Below are positions 54,808 to 61,990 of a stretch of DNA of 64,000 nucleotides, in pieces. Position 1 is the first letter of the stretch. Every line of letters begins with the position of its first letter. Made by a program: the position numbers and the translations under genes. The stretch is from Octopus sinensis (lineage: Eukaryota): assembly GCF_006345805.1 (NCBI RefSeq), contig NC_043000.1, positions 83,142,001 to 83,206,000 of the forward strand, read 5' to 3'. Below the pieces are notes generated by a model. The model was not told the DNA's origin and did no database searches. It was given only the letters and a program-made list of their open reading frames with translations.

Positions 54808-56591
54808 CTGCAGACCGTGATGTCTGGTGCCACACGATCTTCAACGCAGTCAGTAAGTTTGAGGAACAAAGAAGAGACACACTTAAAGACAAGAGATGCA
54901 GGAGGAAGGCGTGAGCCGCCTCTGACACCACATCATCAACATCATTGTTCGACCGTGGTCGAGACAATGGAATTTACCATGCTACGCCAGACTTCACAGT
55001 CCATTATGGCATTACGGAGGTCCTGTTGCTGGATGCCTGTATCCCTGACACCACACCAGATGTTACCTTCTTCTGTGGACACTACTCACGGACCTGCCTT
55101 TCCCATATTGGACTGGTCAGTCATGAGCGTGCATGCACGCGACGTGGACAGCCTTCCTGATCTTCATTCACAAAGCCAAGCCATATATATATTTACATTT
55201 ACATATTATTGTATTTGTCTCATTTTTTTCTGTTCATGTTCACCCATTATGTTTACTTATTTATAAACCAGCAACCTGTGTTGCTAACAGCCAAATCGAA
55301 CTATATTGTCAAAGTGTGTTGAAATCATGATAATATCTGGTCGAAAATTTATGAAGATTTGACCATGCTTGTGTCCATCGTGTACATGTGTGTGTGTATG
55401 TGTTTCTTTTTCTTGTTTGTCCCTTTGTCATCTCCTTTGTAACAAGAGGTGAAGATGAACTACAGGCTGACTAACAGAGAAAGTAAGTTTCATATGTGAC
55501 AGATGCATTGGAGCAGTAAGTACGTACTATGAGCACACTTGAAATGGATTCTCTACATTTTAAAAAATATATTCTCACTCTTGGTGTGACACAGTTTTGG
55601 GACCACTGCATCAGACTATGTGAATGACAATACATATCTAGGAACTCTTACCAGCAAGGCAATGTTATTACCATTTCGAATATGGCACATTTGGACTGAT
55701 AAACAAGTCATTTACTGTGTTTTGTCACAGAGAAAATTTATCACTTTTGACAATGGTGTAAATACACCTGTCTGTGACCAAAGAGGAAATAATTACTTTA
55801 AAATGCAGTATCTCACAGTTTGGAAAGGGGTCACTGCAAACTGATCTAGGTGTATTTACACCATTGTCAACAGTGATAAATTTTGTTCATGACAAAACGC
55901 AGTGAATGGCATGATTATTAGTCCAAACGTGCCACAGGCATATTTGAACTGATAATAACATTGCATTTATACCTATCACTGCTTAGGGCCCTAACTTCAT
56001 AATTTACTTATGGTGAGCAACTGCGTAGTATTCTCAGCCATTGTATGATGACTGAAATAGCATAAGACAACCACTCTCTTTCATCAGTTCATGGTGCCCT
56101 CTGCCCAGTGCCTGTCACTGAAGAGGAGATAGCTACTCCGAAATGCTACATCTCACAGTCTGGAAAGGGAGTGCTGTGAACTGATTTAGGTGTATTTATA
56201 CCATTATCGACAGCAATAAATTTTCTCTATAGTAAACACAGTGAATGGCTTGTTGGGGTGGACAGGTCTTCTTCTTCTTCTTCTTCTAAATAATAATAAT
56301 GATAATAAAGGCCGTATCCCAGTATGTCCACTGCTCAGTGACTAAAACTCAAGACGAATAAATAAATGAAAAAGGGACGAAAAAAACACTGAGGAAAGTA
56401 TGTACTTACGGTCGGCCACATACTGAAGGTACATCAGTCGGCTTATTCCGGAAAAGATTTAAAAAATCTTCCTTTTCTTTCTTAAAAGCTATAAAAACGG
56501 GGTTGATTTTGCAGCCCACAGCATCATAATAACTGCTTGGATACTGTCTATTGAGTAATTTTGCCGCTTTCAGTCTGATGTTAGTAGCCAT
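552..56591 (-). CDS. CFAP54: CFAP54 orthologue, 5' portion: 19 coding exons, 932 codons; gene continues beyond the left edge of the window
   Basis: Manually spliced exons have GT-AG sites and matching phases. Peptides are collinear with vertebrate CFAP54 as recalled: [32 protein letters not shown] vs SWPRTVTERLLDEMFDSTASQFLAVLEALSDS; [13 protein letters not shown]...EAFARRGL vs WRATLYTAVCQCC...EAFARRAL; [16 protein letters not shown] vs MAVMIFKRGVFESRRK; [11 protein letters not shown] vs VPPPPILLSRT. Confidence 0.93.
1595..1795 (-). mobile_element. tRNA-like SINE, family A; further copies near 900-1010, 10790-10880, 12160-12378, 16900-17100, 22230-22380, 35115-35320, 38350-38560, 42078-42293, 63020-63160
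   Basis: Shared core gagctggcagaat...ttagc...ttctgagttcaaat (B-box-like)...gactttgcctttcatcc repeated in both orientations. Confidence 0.85.
2932..3063 (-). CDS. CFAP54: CFAP54 exon 18 ([44 protein letters not shown])
   Basis: CAG acceptor, GTAAGC donor, 132 nt, phase 0 to 0; resembles NTLSKAIYLMQKA. Confidence 0.87.
3189..4040 (+). mobile_element. Decayed, internally deleted Tc1/mariner transposon
   Basis: Fragments IKFC-like [22 protein letters not shown] (HTH), [13 protein letters not shown] (WVPxxL-type motif), FADVEEVKE...FRQWK; degenerate TIRs. Confidence 0.85.
4035..4460 (-). mobile_element. tRNA-like SINE, family B; further copies near 14790-14955, 19790-20165, 20885-21030, 25725-25890, 27243-27570, 44945-45350
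   Basis: Shared core ggctgtgtggt...ggttcagtcccactg...cttgggcaagtgtctt...gaccaaagccttgtgagtggatttgg. Confidence 0.85.
4985..6865 (-). mobile_element. 5'-truncated RTE-like LINE: RT end, Cys-rich segment, 3'UTR with ~65-bp internal tandem repeats; interrupted by a SINE
   Basis: Minus strand [25 protein letters not shown]...[10 protein letters not shown], [17 protein letters not shown] motif. Related 3'UTR copies at about 4600-4975, 7205-7430, 33970-34200, 35700-36000, 47030-47185 and 49110-49460. Confidence 0.85.
6459..6626 (+). mobile_element. 5'-truncated family A SINE inserted into the LINE with 16-bp TSD
   Basis: GGTTTTTGCTAGGTTG at 6443-6458 and 6627-6642. Confidence 0.9.
9562..9632 (-). 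CDS. CFAP54: CFAP54 exon 17 ([23 protein letters not shown])
   Basis: CAG acceptor, GTTTGT donor, 71 nt, phase 1 to 0; restores frame between exons 16 and 18; low sequence conservation. Confidence 0.7.
10154..10331 (-). CDS. CFAP54: CFAP54 exon 16 (EVNNQVPE...[22 protein letters not shown])
   Basis: TAG acceptor, GTAAGA donor, 178 nt, phase 0 to 1; resembles FMMDLHLELIQAQHRIAVVL. Confidence 0.87.
11822..12081 (-). CDS. CFAP54: CFAP54 exon 15 ([12 protein letters not shown]...[23 protein letters not shown]...LTVK)
   Basis: CAG acceptor, GTAAGA donor, 260 nt, phase 1 to 0, open frame. Confidence 0.82.
13467..13614 (-). CDS. CFAP54: CFAP54 exon 14 ([14 protein letters not shown]...[12 protein letters not shown]...)
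   Basis: CAG acceptor, GTAATG donor, 148 nt, phase 0 to 1; EVTLRL motif conserved. Confidence 0.88.
14050..14720 (+). mobile_element. Highly decayed LINE endonuclease-region fragment
   Basis: CT-rich with a remnant resembling vi-GDxNaH (tcattctcagtgacctcaatgctcat); many stops. Confidence 0.45.
15104..15241 (-). CDS. CFAP54: CFAP54 exon 13 ([21 protein letters not shown]...FQKSENIAK)
   Basis: CAG acceptor, GTTTGT donor, 138 nt, phase 0 to 0; resembles IVVDTIMFLWQKCK. Confidence 0.87.
16109..16334 (+). mobile_element. Family A SINE with 18-bp TSD, inside a decayed minus-strand LINE (~15760-16860)
   Basis: GGTATTTCCTGCTTTGTA at 16091-16108 and 16335-16352. Confidence 0.9.
19316..19392 (-). 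CDS. CFAP54: CFAP54 exon 12 ([25 protein letters not shown])
   Basis: CAG acceptor, GTAAGT donor, 77 nt, phase 1 to 0; required to keep frame between exons 11 and 13. Confidence 0.8.
21129..21309 (-). CDS. CFAP54: CFAP54 exon 11 ([23 protein letters not shown]...[21 protein letters not shown])
   Basis: CAG acceptor, weak GTTAT donor, 181 nt, phase 0 to 1; LLIVME vs LLIAME. Confidence 0.82.
23165..23265 (-). CDS. CFAP54: CFAP54 exon 10 ([33 protein letters not shown])
   Basis: TAG acceptor, GTATT donor, 101 nt, phase 1 to 0; LAFCYEQW vs LAFTYEEW. Confidence 0.9.
23668..23769 (-). CDS. CFAP54: CFAP54 exon 9 ([33 protein letters not shown])
   Basis: TAG acceptor, GTATT donor, 102 nt, phase 1 to 1; SLLELAILG vs SLLELMIG. 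Confidence 0.85.
25036..25234 (-). CDS. CFAP54: CFAP54 exon 8 ([33 protein letters not shown]...)
   Basis: CAG acceptor, GTTAGT donor, 199 nt, phase 0 to 1. Confidence 0.93.
26077..26934. mobile_element. Retrozyme/Penelope-like non-coding element: 361-bp unit in ~1.5 tandem copies (26386-26934) plus inverted copy (26077-26344), flanked by (TA)n
   Basis: ctgaaacatgtctgcag recurs at 26386 and 26747; 26077-26325 is the near-perfect reverse complement of 26386-26634; hammerhead fold at the unit junction. Confidence 0.75.
26723..26763 (+). ncRNA. Minimal type I hammerhead ribozyme fold with variant core (TTGATAA for CTGATGA)
   Basis: CTGCA-TTGATAA-AGGG caacaa CCCT-GAA-ACATGT-C-TGCAG: stem I CTGCA/TGCAG, stem II AGGG/CCCT, palindromic stem III ACATGT, GUC site. 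Confidence 0.65.
28780..28963 (+). mobile_element. Helitron 3' terminus (5' extent unclear)
   Basis: Hairpin acccaggcaacgccgggt, then CTAG followed by T and (TA)n; same terminus as the element at 37750-38263. Confidence 0.7.
29050..30245 (+). mobile_element. Decayed mariner transposon
   Basis: [48 protein letters not shown] (YSPDLAP-like); degenerate TIRs. Confidence 0.85.
31629..31730 (-). CDS. CFAP54: CFAP54 exon 7 ([34 protein letters not shown])
   Basis: TAG acceptor, GTGAGT donor, 102 nt, phase 0 to 0. Confidence 0.92.
32150..33900 (-). mobile_element. Highly decayed LTR-retrotransposon-like (probably Gypsy gag/protease/RT) remnant
   Basis: Fragments [25 protein letters not shown] (YLDD region) and [10 protein letters not shown]; many stops. 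Confidence 0.5.
34777..35034 (-). CDS. CFAP54: CFAP54 exon 6 ([13 protein letters not shown]...[13 protein letters not shown]...AIRECTLK)
   Basis: TAG acceptor, GTATT donor, 258 nt, phase 0 to 0; strongly conserved segment. Confidence 0.93.
36771..36829 (-). CDS. CFAP54: CFAP54 exon 5 ([19 protein letters not shown])
   Basis: CAG acceptor, GTAAC donor, 59 nt, phase 1 to 0; resembles TIYIYTICRKLMVIGQSSK. Confidence 0.9.
37380..37740 (-). mobile_element. Non-LTR retrotransposon C-terminal restriction-like endonuclease fragment
   Basis: Frameshifted [10 protein letters not shown]...[10 protein letters not shown] pattern, typical of CRE-like elements. Confidence 0.5.
37750..38263 (+). mobile_element. 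Complete non-autonomous Helitron (514 bp)
   Basis: 5' TCTATATATATAAA, 3' hairpin cccaagcaacgccggg then CTAG; inserted between A and T, no TSD; retains CpGs. Confidence 0.85.
39773..40533 (-). mobile_element. Decayed hAT (Charlie/Buster-like) element
   Basis: TIR-like cagtggttcttaac at one end and tttaagaactg at the other; minus-strand remnant ending YPPSH*. Confidence 0.5.
41280..41930 (-). mobile_element. Decayed LINE 3' region (CR1/L2-like)
   Basis: LNLYSLQ...[12 protein letters not shown]...FKCSLDKVL motif in ORF 41304-41660. Confidence 0.7.
42456..42621 (-). CDS. CFAP54: CFAP54 exon 4 ([13 protein letters not shown]...[15 protein letters not shown])
   Basis: TAG acceptor with an in-frame alternative CAG 6 nt further in, GTAAGT donor, 166 nt, phase 0 to 1. 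Confidence 0.88.
43640..44400 (+). mobile_element. Decayed RTE-like LINE 3' part
   Basis: [37 protein letters not shown] motifs with frameshifts. Confidence 0.8.
44524..44644. repeat. 32-bp minisatellite, ~3.7 copies (atactagttacatctcactataagcagttaat)
   Basis: Direct head-to-tail copies with 1-2 mismatches and no spacers. Confidence 0.95.
44693..44833 (-). CDS. CFAP54: CFAP54 exon 3 ([12 protein letters not shown]...[17 protein letters not shown])
   Basis: CAG acceptor, GTAAGT donor, 141 nt, phase 0 to 0; resembles EYKLALLQCY...FFPKGFKDKTAGLT. Confidence 0.9.
47316..47421 (-). CDS. CFAP54: CFAP54 exon 2 ([35 protein letters not shown])
   Basis: TAG acceptor, GTAAGT donor, 106 nt, phase 2 to 0; resembles TSLFNIWTKYAPRLPADYYNEKLLKVGDSL. 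Confidence 0.9.
47488..48705. repeat. Tandem duplication, period ~602 bp: (AT)n(ATGC)n(ATAC)n microsatellite block plus ~370 bp unique segment
   Basis: 47700-48075 appears identical to 48302-48677. Confidence 0.95.
49622..49859. repeat. Near-perfect palindrome, ~117-bp arms, 4-nt loop (TTGC, 49739-49742)
   Basis: Arms are reverse complementary with only a few mismatches, located in the outer part. Confidence 0.95.
49882..53680 (+). mobile_element. Full-length hAT DNA transposon (3.8 kb)
   Basis: TIRs CAGGGGCGTGC and CAGTGGCGTGC (reverse complement of right end); perfect 8-bp TSD TTATATAT at 49874-49881 and 53681-53688; internal transposase gene. Confidence 0.95.
50582..52723 (+). pseudogene. 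hAT transposase (ZMYM1-like: TTF-type zinc finger, DUF4371, hATC dimerisation), 713 codons with two in-frame TAG stops (50711, 51863)
   Basis: Single frame with WL...LFCWPCLLF...HERSQRH, LVDETSD, YDGA, IHCCAH, ATRW and ASVERSFS; no frameshifts. Confidence 0.92.
53762..54760. mobile_element. Retrozyme/Penelope-like non-coding element: 547-bp unit in ~1.2 tandem copies plus internally deleted inverted copy (54419-54760), flanked by (TA)n
   Basis: atttaaataatgagggagat at 53762 and 54309; 54419-54760 is the reverse complement of ~53862-54263 lacking ~54090-54143. Confidence 0.78.
54031..54107 (-). ncRNA. Type I hammerhead ribozyme, intact core, extended stem II
   Basis: Minus strand ATTGTA-CTGATGA-GGCC...GGCC-GAA-ACC GA GGT-A-TGCAAT; stem I ATTGTA/TGCAAT; stem II extension GAATTAT-GTAA-GTAATTC; predicted cleavage after GUA (between 54037 and 54036). 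Confidence 0.82.
54806..55181 (+). mobile_element. LINE 3' end with C-terminal zinc-finger remnant, containing a nested 112-bp antisense LINE 3' fragment (54933-55044)
   Basis: [23 protein letters not shown]; the nested piece is flanked by an 11-bp TSD CTGACACCACA (54922-54932 and 55045-55055). Confidence 0.8.
55659..56252. mobile_element. Older retrozyme-like element: 340-bp unit in ~1.4 tandem copies plus inverted partial copy (55659-55769)
   Basis: aaatgc...atctcacag at 55801 and 56141; 55659-55769 is reverse complementary to 55848-55964; hammerhead folds at both junctions. Confidence 0.72.
56112..56158 (+). ncRNA. Minimal type I hammerhead ribozyme, intact core; decayed sister copy at 55772-55818
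   Basis: CTGTCA-CTGAAGA-GGAG atagcta CTCC-GAA-ATG cta CAT-C-TCACAG. There is one C-C mismatch in stem I, whereas the sister copy has a perfect CTGTGA/TCACAG stem. AUC cleavage site after 56152. Confidence 0.78.
56410..56591 (-). CDS. CFAP54: CFAP54 coding exon 1 ([50 protein letters not shown]...)
   Basis: ATG at 56591, GTAAGT donor, ends in phase 2 matching exon 2; [10 protein letters not shown] resembles CFAP54 NPLLASCEKE. Confidence 0.82.
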
Positions 56592-56803
56592 TCTAAATAG
56601 TGTGAAGTTTATTATTAATCTTATGTGAGTTTAAGTGTATGCCTGTGCATATTTCTATATTAGTATATATGCGTGTGTGTATGCACGTATGTATGTTTGT
56701 GTATGGGCGTGACTGTAATTACGTGTGAGTGAGTTATGGTTAGTTCCAGACGTTAGTTTCGACCAAAATGGGATTCAGACGATACTTAATTGTTATTGAA
56801 TAC

Positions 56804-56858
56804 GTTGCTTAGAAACCAAAGTAGAGTTGGCTATATTTACACGCAGTTTCGTATTTAC
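56804..56858. promoter_or_regulatory. Candidate RFX X-box (GTTGCTTAGAAAC, 56804-56816) plus two forkhead-type motifs (TATTTAC at 56834 and 56852)
   Basis: Lies 213-270 bp upstream of the CFAP54 ATG in a locally CpG-retaining stretch; RFX and FOXJ1 are established regulators of motile-cilia genes. Confidence 0.5.
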
Positions 56859-57471
56859 AAACGCACACGCGATTGTCGACATATGGTTTTCAGAAATCTG
56901 TTAAACACCACGGTAATGGAAATATAGAACTTATTTAATAATATCTGTAATAAGAGTGATTGATTAGCTCTATTTAATCATTACCTTTATACATGCTAAT
57001 ATCCAACAGTAAGAATGTTACAAGACATTAAAAATACATTTCCTCACAGAGAAAATATCACCAGAGAAATTAATGAGTTTATCACTTCTGATCTATCGCT
57101 GGACCGGCCAGAAACGGCCAAATCTCCCTCAAATTATATATAACCATCTTTACAGTGAAAGAGTTTAAAAAACCCACTAAAGTAAAAGAGGGGCACATTG
57201 GATGATGTGCTCGTAAACCTCGATAAGCATCATTTAGGTAAATTTTTATATTAATACCCGCACGATTTTTCACTAAAAGAAAAAAAAATCAGATTTTGGA
57301 AAGACTTCGCCCCCCCCTTTTTTTTCTCCTAAATTTGTATATATTTATTATTTTTTTTTTTTGTCAAAAACCCCCGTTTTCGGATACGGAGGTTCCGGAA
57401 AATTGCCAAAAATCGGCATTGTTAAATCCCCCCACCGCCAAAATTCTTCAATTTTGCCTTTTTCCCCAACA

Positions 57472-57594
57472 CTAACCCTAACCCTAACCCTAAAACTCTA
57501 ATCCTAACCCTAACCCTAACACTAAAACACTAACCTGAACCCTAACCCTAAAACCCTAAAACCCTAACCCTAACCCTAAAATCCTAACCTTAAC
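57472..57594. repeat. Degenerate interstitial telomere-like (TAACCC)n array inside a CpG-retaining ~0.9-kb repeat (~57290-58200)
   Basis: About 120 bp of TAACCC with TAAAACCC and TAACAC variants. Confidence 0.85.
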
Positions 57595-58196
57595 TGTATG
57601 TACAGAAATATTTTGAAATTTTTGTCCGAATCATAATATCCGTATTTTTCCGCATTTATTTTTTTTAAATTCTTAAAAAAAAAATTTTGCAAAAATTTTT
57701 GGAAATTTTATTCAAAATCAGCGGTGGTGCCCCAGCATGGCCGCGTCCTTCGGGCTAAAACATTTTTAAGGATTTAATCATAACAGTATTTTCCCGCATC
57801 TTTTGAAAAAAAAATTCTGAAAAAGTGAAAAATGATGGAAATGGGATAGGGGAATTAAAAATGTAGATTTTTGACAACTTTTTTGCAGAATCGTATTCCC
57901 CGTAGCCGAAAAGGGAGCGGGGATTGTGTCGAAAAAAAAATTTTTTTTAAGGGTGGTTCTGGTGGGGGGACGGGCAGAAGGGATCTTTACCTTTTGACCT
58001 ACTGATTTAAAAAATAAGGTTTTGTAACTAAACACTTTTAAACTTCGGACACTGGTAGAATGTGTCATATGAAACATCTTTTACTTTTAGCATTTTTGAG
58101 AAAAACTTATATTTACGAAGTTATTTCACGTTAAAGTAGTCCTACTTCGGTAATTTCAACCAATCAATGACGTGTATTCAGCTGAATAAAATTACT

Positions 58197-60540
58197 GTTA
58201 GACGTCTTAACACCGTCACTGACGCAGATCGCTATCCCCTTCTTAAAGCTCATGATTTTCCATCTGCACTGCATGGTTGTAAGATTTTTTCTAAGATTGA
58301 CTTGGTACACGCGAACCATCAAATCCCTGATGACCCCGATGACATTCCAACGACAGCTGTCACCACGCCTTTTGGAGCATTTGAATTCTTGTCTATGTCA
58401 TTTGGACTTCGTAAGGCAGCCAGCATGTTCCAAACATTAATTGATGAGGACGTTTGTGGGTTACAGTTTATCTTTGTGTACTTCGATGACCTTTTAATCA
58501 CAAGTGATACTCCAAAACAGCACCTACAACACTTGACCCAGCTGTTCAAGCATCTACATTCCTATGATGTGAAGATTAACCTAGCTAAGTGTGTCTTCTG
58601 TTCTACAAGTTTGGAATTCTTGGGGCATCTCATTGACACCGATGTTATTCATTTACTTCCCTCTAAAGTGGAAATTTTATTGGTTTAATTATTATCGTCG
58701 CTTCATTCCTAAATGTGTGAAGAAGTTGTTTCCCTTGACCCAGCACTTGAAAGATCAATGAAAGACACATCGATAATACTGTCTTCTACAGCCGTCCAAG
58801 CTTTTGAATCTGTCAAAGCTGTCCTTATTCAAGCATCTTTCCTCGCTCATCCTGTTCCAAATGCAAAATTATCACTTACTGTCGATGCATCATCATCTAA
58901 TACAGGGGCAGTTTTAGAGCAATCTGTAAACAGCCAAAACCAGCCATTAGCCTTTTTCTTGTACCAGCTGAAAAGTGCCAAAATGAGATATAGTGTATTT
59001 GGTAAAGAACTCCTAGCAATTTACCTGGTGGTGAAGCATTTCTCTTATCTTCTTGAAGGTAGAGACTTCACGATTTTCACTGACCACAAACCACTAACGT
59101 CCACTCTCTTTGCAAAAATGGACCGGTACTTGCCCAGAGAAACAAAATCAATTGAATTATATATCACAGTTCACTAGTGACATCCACCACATCTCTGGCA
59201 CTGACAACATCTCTCCTGCTTTGATTGATTTGGTTGCTATGGCTACTGATCAACCCTCCTTGGACTCTCTGGACACCTCTTCACCACAGTTTTCCTGCTG
59301 CAAGTTTGAATATCTGCCTCTGCCTTTTCTGAAGGAACCATTCTCTGTGATGTTTCTACCGGATCGACATGAGCCCTCGTTCCTGAATGTCTCTGTTGTG
59401 CTGTTTTTGAAGCACTGCATTCACTGCTGCACCCTGGCACTACAGTCAGAGTAAAGCTTGTCTCAGCCTGCTTTTTCTGGACGAATATGTGACGGTCTAT
59501 TACTGCTCGGTCCCATGCCTGTCTACCATGTCAGCATTCCAAAGTGCATCATCACATGAGAGCAACTCTTGGACATTTCCAGCCACCGGACACCAAGTTC
59601 CATCACATACACATCGACCTGGTTGGTCCTTGGCCGATCAGTTGCAGATTTACTTATATATTGACCTGTGTCGACCATTTCTCCAGAAGGCCTGAAGCCA
59701 TCCCTCTCATGGACATTTCCACAGAACAGTCGCCAGAGCACTCATCTCTGGGTAGATATCTCACTTCGGAGTACCCTCTAGAATTACTACTGATCGTGGA
59801 TGCCAATTTGAAGCTTGTCTCTTCTGTGAGCTTTCGAGATTGCTCAGAGTTCAGCGCATCCACACCACCAGTTACCATCCCACCACAAACTGTATGGTGG
59901 AAAGATTACACCGACAACTTAAAGCCGCTATTCACACGGCTCCTGACCCTCATTGTTGATCCAAGTTTCTCCCCATTGTTCTGCTAGGGTGCTGCTCAGC
60001 TGTCAAGGAAGACTTAAGCTACTCCTCTGCTGAGCTCCTGTATGGCACCACCTTAGCACTACCTGAACAAATGTTGGTGCCTGTCAACTTACCAGAGGTA
60101 GGTGTTCAAACTTGCAGCAGGTAAACCCAACATCTTCATGCGACTCAGGTCATTCTTTGCTGACCTGCCACCAATGTTTCCTAGTGACCAGTCTATTTCC
60201 TCTGCAGTACCTCTGGATATTTCTATCTGGACTCATGTGTTTGTGAGAAATGACGCTGTTAAGGGACTGCTCACACCTCCCAACACTGGACTCTATCATG
60301 TTCTTAAAAGCATACCGGAACTGTTCACTGTGGTCATTCATGGGGGAAAACGAGACTGTCTCTATTGACAGAGTAAAAAAAGCCTTTTCCGAAACATTGC
60401 TGACATACCCATCATTCCACAAACACTGCCACCCCCACCCCCACAAGCACCACCTCCACTCACCAAAACGCCAACTACACAAACACATTCTTCACCTTAC
60501 AGGACACATTCTGGCAGACTGGTAATTGGCCAAAGAAATT
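58197..60540 (+). mobile_element. Decayed Ty3/Gypsy pol remnant (RT, RNase H, integrase)
   Basis: DRYPL...FSKIDL...TAVTTPFGAFEF...YFDDLLI; LTVDASS...ELLAIY...FTDHKPL; FHHIHIDLVGP; stops and frameshifts, no LTRs recognised. Confidence 0.92.
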
Positions 60541-60859
60541 GTCTCAGACTATTCATATATCTTAACTTTGCCTCACCAGTGACTGTTCCAGAGAATAGAT
60601 TTATGCTGCTTGAGACACTGCATTCACATTTTCTCTCTTCTGTATCATTGTACATATATGCTTTGTTCTACTTGATTGCACATCTTTCTTTGCTGAACGT
60701 TTTTCCTTGTATTGTATTTTTTCAATTGTTCATACAACTGTTTTTGCAATGGTTCATTCTTCTGTGCCCTCCTAGTACACTCCACCTACACTACTATTAA
60801 TTGACCACTTCCAGTCTAAGAGTGGGGAGAGTCTTTCTTGGCGCATTACTCCCTTTGAC

Positions 60860-61990
60860 AGCAGGTCAAACAAGCTGCCTCAACTTCAAAGAAATCAGTC
60901 TCTCCATCAGGAAATACAACTGTGGCAGTAGTGTTTGTGTACAGCGTTCTGATAGCATCAACAATCCTGGGAGGAATACCATAGAGTTCAACGATTTTAA
61001 ACATAAGATCTTTGCTGATGGAATCAAATGCTTTGCAAAAGTCAACAAAACAGATTCTGATGCTCTTGTTAAACGTTTGCATTTCTTCTAGTATGTAACA
61101 TATGGAGAGGAATTGAGCAGTTGTTGACCATCCCCTTCTAAATCCATTCTAATTCTTACACATTTCCCTAGACGGCATGTAAGAAAAGGGACTCCTTTTG
61201 AAACCCCACCAGAGCAGTTGGCATTGTGCACAATATTTAACTGATCTTGACTTTGCTGACGATCTTGCTTTGATATCCCATTGTATACAGAATCTTTGTT
61301 ACAAGCACTGGAGAAAGCAGAAAACAAGGTCGGCCTTTACTGCAATGAGAGTAAGACAGAGTTTAACATGACCTCCTCCAAGTTAAATCACTCAATAATA
61401 TATCAATCAAAAACGTTGACAACTGCAAATATCTTTGTTCACACACAGTAGACTCCCAAAAGGACTTTTGCATCTGCAGAGCTCTTGCTTGAGATGTCTG
61501 TAACAGACCTGATAAGGGCTGGCACTCAAACCTTCCGCCCACGTTAAAAGTTAAAATATTTAGAACACTGATTGAGCTGGCCCTTCTCTATGGATCAGAG
61601 ACCTGGACCTTATCAGCTCTCTTAGAAAAACAACTTGATGGAACATATACCAGCCTGCTCAGAAAAATACAGAACATCAGTTGGAGATCACACCCAACAC
61701 TTAGTAACATTTATGGAAATCTGATACCAATATCCCTCAAGCTAAAGCAGAAATGGCTACAATTTGCTGGCCACTGTCATCAAGCAGAGAAAACGGTTAT
61801 CTCATCCCTGCTCCTATGGAATCCTCTGGAAGTATTTTCTCCAGGAAATTGATATTTTCAGATACTATATCTCAGGACTCAGGGCTAGATATTAGAGATC
61901 TGAATGCAGCAATGCAGGACCGTGTGGTGTGGAAAGGGATTGTCAATGGAGTTTCGACCAACCTATGGTTGTTTGAAGGATGATGATGAT
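60860..61990 (+). mobile_element. RTE-like LINE with inverted 5' segment
   Basis: 60860-61090 on minus encodes FVDFCKAFDS...YGIP; from ~61185 the plus strand encodes LTDLDFADDLAL and LLYGSETW, ending in a (TGA)n tail. Confidence 0.85.

Noticed and set aside
57472-57594. True telomere
   Set aside because: Short, degenerate and internal, with complex sequence on both sides.
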